From IMG/VR virus record IMGVR_UViG_3300032245_001714: a stretch of DNA of 21,579 nt; one strand, 5' to 3'. Source of the stretch: a virus (lineage: Duplodnaviria > Heunggongvirae > Uroviricota > Caudoviricetes). The translations under genes and the position numbers were made by a program. A model generated the notes under the pieces. The model searched no databases, was not told the origin of the DNA, and saw only the letters and a list, made by a program, of their open reading frames with translations. This document shows positions 16,152 to 21,579 of this stretch, piece by piece (position 1 is the first letter of the stretch; each line of letters begins with the position of its first letter).

Positions 16152-16358
16152 TTATTGATCGTTATCGAGGTCCTCAATAACTTTCGGATTACTTAGGATT
16201 TCTATTAGAGTTTCTATTCTGCTTGACCTATAGATTCCTGGAACTTTCTCCTTCTTTGTTCTTCCGCTGAAGAATTCTACATATCCCTCCCGGGGTATAG
16301 CAGTCCAAATTTTTTCGTATTCGTTATACCAGAACACATATGAATAGCAATTTTCCAT
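16152..16358 (-). CDS. hypothetical protein, 68 aa
   Basis: AATATATA box 24 nt upstream; protein-like ORF. Confidence 0.7.
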   Translation of the reverse strand: MENCYSYVFWYNEYEKIWTAIPREGYVEFFSGRTKKEKVPGIYRSSRIETLIEILSNPKVIEDLDNDQ

Positions 16359-16382
16359 ATAGTTATTTTATTTGAGCCTATT

Positions 16383-16390
16383 TATATATT
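16383..16390 (-). promoter_or_regulatory. putative phage late promoter AATATATA(AATA)
   Basis: 24 nt upstream of ATG 16358; the run also contains TATAAATA. Confidence 0.55.
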
Positions 16391-16408
16391 CCAAAAAATA
16401 TACTCCAC

Positions 16409-17134
16409 TTAATTAAATATTCTTTCTCTTTCCATTCTTCTTAGACACTCAAGTGGAGTTTCATTTGGTAATAGTTCATATCCACATCCAAGGGTGCCTC
16501 CTTTCCAGCTACCTGATCTTTCCCCAACTTCGTCATTGAATGTAATATCAATGGTTCTCTTGACCTTTGCGAATAGACTGGTCCACTTAAACCATCTAGG
16601 TCTCCACTCTCTTTCTTCCACTCTAAGGGTAGCAGTTCTTTCCTGGACAGTTCCATTCTTTAGTGTATAAGTATATGGATAAGTCCACTCCCAAAGTATA
16701 CCACCCCATTTTTCCCTGTCGTAAAATTCTTTATTTCTTCTTCCTAGTTTTTCTGATAAGAGCTCGTGTTCCCATTCACCGTCCATCCTCATACATGATG
16801 TTCTAACCCATGTTAGATCCCATGGCATGTAGATAAATTTAGTTTTCTTTCCCAAACAAAAAACAAGTGAAGTTGGAAACCATGAATCGTTTGAATAAAG
16901 ATAAAACCCGTATTCTGGTGGATCACACTCGTCGTATTTACTTCTAATAAATGGAATGTTGATGTAAAATTGTCCCCATCCAGTGGAGAATGAAACATGA
17001 GCTCTGTTATCAAAGTAACTTGCTGGTGCTATCCTAAAGTTTAACTTGTGCCATCCTGTACAAAATTCCATCCAATTATTTTTGTAAATTGTACGCTTAC
17101 CGTATTTTTCTTTTCTGAATCCTATAAATTCCAT
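16409..17134 (-). CDS. hypothetical protein, 241 aa, aromatic-rich
   Basis: Long ORF in an operon-like run. Confidence 0.8.
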   Translation of the reverse strand: MEFIGFRKEKYGKRTIYKNNWMEFCTGWHKLNFRIAPASYFDNRAHVSFSTGWGQFYINIPFIRSKYDECDPPEYGFYLYSNDSWFPTSLVFCLGKKTKFIYMPWDLTWVRTSCMRMDGEWEHELLSEKLGRRNKEFYDREKWGGILWEWTYPYTYTLKNGTVQERTATLRVEEREWRPRWFKWTSLFAKVKRTIDITFNDEVGERSGSWKGGTLGCGYELLPNETPLECLRRMERERIFN

Positions 17135-17149
17135 TGCTATTTTTTTTAC

Positions 17150-17479
17150 TTAATATAAATCTTCGCTGAATAATCCTGTCAAAGGATTGTATAATTTACT
17201 TTCATCCACCTGACCTGTGGTTTTTGCAATTGCCATAGCTTCTTGTCTATCCACAAATCTATTCATACTCGTCATAAATCCCTGTATCGATTCTCCTACA
17301 CCATCAGGAGAAAATCTAACTGACCTTAAGCCTGATAGTGACTTCACTGTGTCAATACAATTACTGTGCCTGTGCCCACATACTACGATTCCTTTATCTA
17401 TGTTTACCGGTTTGAATGTGCTGTCCGGTAGATCCTTATACCAGATTGCTGAACATGTGATATACTCTGGCTTATCCAT
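17150..17479 (-). CDS. hypothetical phage protein (GHRH..C; QGF...RFVDR.EA)
   Basis: ATG 17479 overlaps the upstream stop by 8 nt; no function recognised. Confidence 0.75.
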   Translation of the reverse strand: MDKPEYITCSAIWYKDLPDSTFKPVNIDKGIVVCGHRHSNCIDTVKSLSGLRSVRFSPDGVGESIQGFMTSMNRFVDRQEAMAIAKTTGQVDESKLYNPLTGLFSEDLY

Positions 17480-17705
17480 TTTGAGCAATTATTTTTGTGG
17501 TGAATCTAGATTTTTTATCACAGTGGTACTCATACCATTTCATAGCTTCCTCTTTATCATAGTATGTTGCACCCCCACTCCATTGGCTGTGCTCTTCGAA
17601 ATAATCTGTCCACCAGAGTCCAAGAATCTTTTTTTCAATTCTCCAATACGGTTTACCTCCGTTAACGAGCTTGTCTGTAATCTCTAATAGTCTATATTTT
17701 GGCAT
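17472..17705 (-). CDS. hypothetical protein, 77 aa
   Basis: Tightly coupled to both neighbours. Confidence 0.7.
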   Translation of the reverse strand: MPKYRLLEITDKLVNGGKPYWRIEKKILGLWWTDYFEEHSQWSGGATYYDKEEAMKWYEYHCDKKSRFTTKIIAQNG

Positions 17706-17709
17706 ATAT

Positions 17710-18327
17710 TTAGCTTAAATGGTCACTCATATTTTTTGCAGATTGTATGGCATCTTCCCAATTCTCAATAGTCCTTGCTCCTCTTAATCTATATGGGATG
17801 TAACGAGCAACGCCATCATTTCTGATGTCATCTGCCCACCATGTATCTCCATCGGCTTCAGCCTGGGCGATCCCATCATTATACTCTTTTACCCAACCAG
17901 CCCATTGTTCTGGAGTGTAGTCTTTTTCCTGAGGCTCGTAATTACCGTCGAAAATTTTATCCCCGATTTTGAAAGTACAACCACCTCGATGAGTATAGCC
18001 ATAGTATCCAACAATTCCTGTAAGATCGTCATTCATTAGAATAGCAACACCATGAGGATAAGGTTCATATACTTTTAGCTTGTTCTTCTCATACCATTCA
18101 GCTCTTTTAAAATCTCCAATGTACTCACCTCCTTTACTAACAAATGAATTTTCTAGAACCCCATGGTAGATAATGTCTTCCCCATGAGATGGTTTTTCAT
18201 TTGATTTAAAATTACCACCTACACCTTTAACATCCCACCATTCATAGGTTTCAATTAAACCCCCTGTTGATTTTTCGATAACTGCTATCCTCTCGAAGGA
18301 TGGTCCATCATTTGTTTTTATTTCCAT
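17710..18327 (-). CDS. hypothetical protein, 205 aa
   Basis: Long ORF, 4 nt from the next gene. Confidence 0.8.
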   Translation of the reverse strand: MEIKTNDGPSFERIAVIEKSTGGLIETYEWWDVKGVGGNFKSNEKPSHGEDIIYHGVLENSFVSKGGEYIGDFKRAEWYEKNKLKVYEPYPHGVAILMNDDLTGIVGYYGYTHRGGCTFKIGDKIFDGNYEPQEKDYTPEQWAGWVKEYNDGIAQAEADGDTWWADDIRNDGVARYIPYRLRGARTIENWEDAIQSAKNMSDHLS

Positions 18328-18361
18328 GTTATATTTTTTAGATTTTATATTAAATTAAATT

Positions 18362-18634
18362 TTAATGAAAATTGTAGGAGTATCGTGTGTACTCGTACTC
18401 AACCCCTATCCTCTCACACATTCCAGGCCCCATATAATTAACTAGCATATACGCCTCCGCATCCTCGTAGGTTTTATGAGAGATTCTCTGAGAATCTATC
18501 TCGGTAGCAAATATCTCTTTCCACTTTCCCCAAAAGTTCTTCCTTTGGATCACATACTCGATTTTTGATCTACCCCCATTCTCTCTGGATAGTTCTTCCA
18601 CGCTGTGTATCATTTGTACGATTCTAAATTTCAT
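18362..18634 (-). CDS. hypothetical protein, 90 aa
   Basis: 6 nt after the epimerase stop; same strand. Confidence 0.7.
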   Translation of the reverse strand: MKFRIVQMIHSVEELSRENGGRSKIEYVIQRKNFWGKWKEIFATEIDSQRISHKTYEDAEAYMLVNYMGPGMCERIGVEYEYTRYSYNFH

Positions 18635-18640
18635 TTCGTG

Positions 18641-19498
18641 TTAATTTTTTTGATTTAAAATATACTCCCTTAATTGATCTTTAGGGCTCCAGCCTAATCT
18701 GTCAATAGCTTCGTTGTTTGTTCTTATAGTTTCTCTATAATTTCCTCCAACATCAGGCAAATGAATCTTACTCAGATTTCCTTGATGTCTTTCATTGAAC
18801 ATTTCATAGACTTCGTTAATGGAATAATTCCTCCCTGTTCCGAGTTCCCATGCGTCTGGATTCTTTTCATCTGATTCCGCTATTCTAATTAGGCCTTCAA
18901 CGATATCATCTACGTGGGTAAAATCTCTTCTCTGTTCTCCATCGCCATATATGGTAATAGGTTTACCCTCTCTAATCTGTTTTCGAAATATACCTATGAC
19001 AGCAGCCATATGGCTATCAACTAGTTCACCAGGACCATAAACATTGTAGAATCTAACTATTTCACAATTAAGATTAAAAACTTTTTTGTACATCTTACAC
19101 CACTCCTCGCCCATGTGCTTGGACATAGCATAGGGGGATAGTTCAGGATTATGATGTCTAGATGAAGACCCAGAGTAGATTAATTTAGATCCAGTTCTAG
19201 CTGCGTATTCCACGATCTTTCTCGTTCCATCAACATTAACAGAAAAAGTAAAATCTGGATTTTTAAATGATGGCTGGATTCGACTCAGAGCTGCCAGGTG
19301 AAAGATGTATTCGTAATTGTCCTCACGCTCCATTAGCCTGATATCACCGCTTAGAAAATTACATCCCTCGGGAATCTTAGCTTCTTTCCCTATTGATAGG
19401 TTATCTATTACGTCAACGACGTATCCCCTTCTAATTAGCTCATTTACTAGAATGTGTCCAATAAATCCGCATCCTCCTGTTACTAATACTTTTTTCAT
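18641..19498 (-). CDS. NAD-dependent nucleotide-sugar epimerase/dehydratase (extended SDR)
   Basis: TGGCGFIG, HLAA, YAMSK (YxxxK), RFYNVYGPG, RDFTHVDD. Confidence 0.9.
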   Translation of the reverse strand: MKKVLVTGGCGFIGHILVNELIRRGYVVDVIDNLSIGKEAKIPEGCNFLSGDIRLMEREDNYEYIFHLAALSRIQPSFKNPDFTFSVNVDGTRKIVEYAARTGSKLIYSGSSSRHHNPELSPYAMSKHMGEEWCKMYKKVFNLNCEIVRFYNVYGPGELVDSHMAAVIGIFRKQIREGKPITIYGDGEQRRDFTHVDDIVEGLIRIAESDEKNPDAWELGTGRNYSINEVYEMFNERHQGNLSKIHLPDVGGNYRETIRTNNEAIDRLGWSPKDQLREYILNQKN

Positions 19499-19500
19499 TT

Positions 19501-19710
19501 TTAATATTCTAAATCTTCATAAATTCGGATACCGAAATCCCATGCCAAGAAATTGATGCTTATAACCCAAAGGTTTGTACAAACCCCAGTTTCAATAAAG
19601 TTACCTTCCGGGTTGTGTGTGAAGTACGGACATGGTAGTAAAGCTATCTGCTTAAACCCGCCTTTATCCCAAGTACTGTAACAATAGCCTTTAATTCTAA
19701 TTTTTTTCAT
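19501..19710 (-). CDS. small hypothetical protein, 69 aa (start moved from 19740 to 19710)
   Basis: ATG 19710 forms an ATGA overlap with the 45-aa gene upstream. Confidence 0.65.
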   Translation of the reverse strand: MKKIRIKGYCYSTWDKGGFKQIALLPCPYFTHNPEGNFIETGVCTNLWVISINFLAWDFGIRIYEDLEY

Positions 19711-19844
19711 ATTCCTATTACCAGTTGCCATTTGAGCCAACCGATTATTAATTCATAGTCACCGTTTAACCATTTGTCATGTGTTACTTTAATGTATGGT
19801 AACACATATATCTGGCTCATTACTGTATCTAAACTTATCTTCAT
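19707..19844 (-). CDS. small hypothetical protein, 45 aa (MKISLDTVMSQIYVLPYIKVTHDKWLNGDYELIIGWLKWQLVIGI)
   Basis: Not in the ORF track; starts 2 nt after the thyA stop and ends in an ATGA overlap. Confidence 0.7.
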   Translation of the reverse strand: MKISLDTVMSQIYVLPYIKVTHDKWLNGDYELIIGWLKWQLVIGI

Positions 19845-19846
19845 AA

Positions 19847-21094
19847 TTAATTACTTAATGGTGCTTTAATTGATGGATGTGATTGATAATTCTCTAATTT
19901 AAAAGTTAATTCATTATCTAATGAGTAGACGATGTCATCTATATCTAACAAATGCCAATTTTCATTACCTGAATTTATTTTTAGTGTTGGTAATGGGTAT
20001 GGTTCTCTTGTGTGTTTTGATATGTTATTATCCTCAAATCGAGTCTGCCAAGTCCATTTATTTTCTCTATCTTTTTTATTTTCTATTGCATAATACATTT
20101 CAACCATTTCTTCGTGTGTTCTTTCTCTACCAATCTGTTCTTTTGCTTGTTCAACATGATTTGAATATAAATGTACATCACCTAAATTTCCAATCAGCTC
20201 ATCAGGAACCATATTAACTATCTTAGCAATAATTTCTAATAACAAACCATAAGAAGCAATGTTAAATGGTAAACCAAGAAAAGTGTCAATGCTTCTCATA
20301 TTAAACATTAAAGAGATTGCTCTGGTTGGTATATTCCATTGATTGATTTCAGAATGAGATAAAGTTTCTGGTCCACCTCCATTGTATATTTGATTAAACA
20401 TTTCTTGACTGACTAATGATCGTCTTTCTTCTAAACTCAACTCTCTTGTATAAACTTGAAATCCATAATGACAAGGTGGAAGAACCATTTGGTCGAGCTC
20501 GGATGGATTCCAGGCCGATACTAGTAGGCGTCTAGAGTCTGGATTTGTTTTAAGGTCGTTGATTAGGTTTGCGATTTGGTCATTGATTGTTGTTACAACT
20601 TTACCATCTTTTACAGACACTTGTTTACCGTTCCAATCTCTCCACTGCTTACCATAAATTGGACCTAATTCACCCCACTTCTTAGCAAACTCATCATCGG
20701 TTTTGATTTTGTTGATGAATTGTTCTTGTGTTAATTGAGTTATTTTTGGGTCTTTAGGTGAGCTAAGGTCCCAATTCAAGTCGTTTGGGTCTTCAATTTG
20801 ATTTTTTGTTTTTACGAGATAGTTAGCGTAACAGTCCCCATCCCAAATATGACAACCATTATTAACTAAGTACTTAATATTAGTATCTCCTCTTAAAAAC
20901 CAGATGAGCTCAGTTACTACTCCTTTAAAATAGAGTTTTTTAGTAGTCAAAGCAGGAAACCCGGTTTTCATATCATGTCTTATGGTTCTCCCAAAGACAC
21001 TTAAAGTACCAGTTCCTGTCCTATCTTGTTTTTCGATACCATTATCAAGAATGTCCTGTAAAAGAGCTTGATAATCTAAATCTAATTTATTCAT
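19847..21094 (-). CDS. thyA: thymidylate synthase (ThyA) with long insertions
   Basis: DRTGTGT, LIWFLRGDTN, GPIYGKQWR, SAWNP, LPPCH, RSIDTFLGLPFNIASY, GDVHLY.NH. Confidence 0.95.
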   Translation of the reverse strand: MNKLDLDYQALLQDILDNGIEKQDRTGTGTLSVFGRTIRHDMKTGFPALTTKKLYFKGVVTELIWFLRGDTNIKYLVNNGCHIWDGDCYANYLVKTKNQIEDPNDLNWDLSSPKDPKITQLTQEQFINKIKTDDEFAKKWGELGPIYGKQWRDWNGKQVSVKDGKVVTTINDQIANLINDLKTNPDSRRLLVSAWNPSELDQMVLPPCHYGFQVYTRELSLEERRSLVSQEMFNQIYNGGGPETLSHSEINQWNIPTRAISLMFNMRSIDTFLGLPFNIASYGLLLEIIAKIVNMVPDELIGNLGDVHLYSNHVEQAKEQIGRERTHEEMVEMYYAIENKKDRENKWTWQTRFEDNNISKHTREPYPLPTLKINSGNENWHLLDIDDIVYSLDNELTFKLENYQSHPSIKAPLSN

Positions 21095-21101
21095 TTTTAT
21101 T

Positions 21102-21579
21102 TTATTTTATTTTACGTTCACAATACCAGTTTTTCCATGTATTACTTTTCTTACATAAAGTTTGAAAACTAATGTTCTTCTCTTCACAAAATATTTTTGC
21201 ATTTGCTTGACCTAACGCCTCATAAACAAAAACATCATCACAATAAAACTTAAACGAAGCGAATACTTTCCCCAATCTATTTCCAGCTCTACCTAATGCT
21301 TTTTGTCTAATTTTCTCTTTAGTTTCTTTACTGTGGTTTTTTCCAAACATTGGATTTTTTTCTCCACTAAATGTATTATTTTCTTTTATAGTTTCTTTTC
21401 TTTTTCTTACAGACTCTGGATTCTTAGCAACACCCCTTTGGCTAATTGATATTTTTTCATTCCTTAAAGAAATTTTGTTAGGATCAGCATCTTTCCACCA
21501 AGCCTTTTTAGAATTAGATACGCGTTCAGATATTTCTTTTTTTTCTTCTATTGATAAGCTAGACCACCATTTTTTAGAA
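21102..21579 (-). CDS. C-terminal part of a NUMOD3-containing homing endonuclease (5'-truncated by the window edge)
   Basis: Frame is open to the window end (SKKWWSS...SGEKNPMFGKNHSKETKEKIR); GEKNPMFGKxHSxETKxK is the NUMOD3 motif; nuclease domain not visible. Confidence 0.7.
   Translation of the reverse strand, partial: SKKWWSSLSIEEKKEISERVSNSKKAWWKDADPNKISLRNEKISISQRGVAKNPESVRKRKETIKENNTFSGEKNPMFGKNHSKETKEKIRQKALGRAGNRLGKVFASFKFYCDDVFVYEALGQANAKIFCEEKNISFQTLCKKSNTWKNWYCERKIK

Noticed and set aside
1293-20217. Shadow ORFs in the track (1293+, 1807+, 3309-, 3712-, 4749-, 6139-, 10294-, 11731+, 12425+, 13928+, 14325+, 14491-, 14909-, 15146-, 16441-, 16813-, 17217+, 19317+, 19921+)
   Set aside because: They lie inside or largely overlap longer ORFs with recognisable motifs or operon context, and their composition looks like antisense or alternate-frame translation.
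20240-20310. ThyA-like gene as a dCMP hydroxymethylase
   Set aside because: The PFN Asn (dUMP specificity) and all standard ThyA motifs are retained.
1-21579. Stop-codon reassignment (code 15 or 4), as seen in some large phages
   Set aside because: Known genes are full length under code 11. The few TAG stops are followed quickly by another stop or overlap the next gene's start.
19847-21579. Group I intron or intein in thyA
   Set aside because: The thyA ORF is continuous from its N-terminus, the FLG|LPFN td-intron site is uninterrupted, and the insertions lack intein C/S...HN ends.
1-21579. tRNA, rRNA, CRISPR array, IS/transposase
   Set aside because: No T-loop or anticodon-arm pattern, regularly spaced repeats or transposase motifs were seen; intergenic gaps are mostly too short.

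Overview
This AT-rich, gene-dense window looks like part of a large tailed-phage genome with T4-like (Myoviridae-type) features. The host is most likely Bacteroidota, for three reasons: two exact TAnnTTTG '-7' sigma boxes sit 19-20 nt before start codons, two signal peptides are cleaved before Gln, and starts have A-rich leaders without Shine-Dalgarno motifs. Recognisable genes are a PG-binding + GH19 endolysin, a LamG-domain protein, a SpeD-like pyruvoyl decarboxylase, an ADP-ribosyltransferase-like protein, thioredoxin, an SGNH-hydrolase/Cys-phosphatase fusion, a GT2, an LpxH-like metallophosphoesterase, a HAD phosphatase, a secreted NlpC/P60, an NAD-dependent epimerase, ThyA and the 3' part of a NUMOD3 homing endonuclease. 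The strongest unexplained structure spans several genes. Nine otherwise unrelated ORFs begin with a short N-terminal tag resembling the T4 capsid-targeting sequence, eight of them with an (I/L)-x-E prohead-protease-like site, and most lie downstream of a recurrent RATATATA promoter-like box. This suggests a late-expressed, head-packaged and possibly injected effector cargo, including the ART and the SGNH-phosphatase fusion. All calls come from reading motifs by eye; no database search was run.
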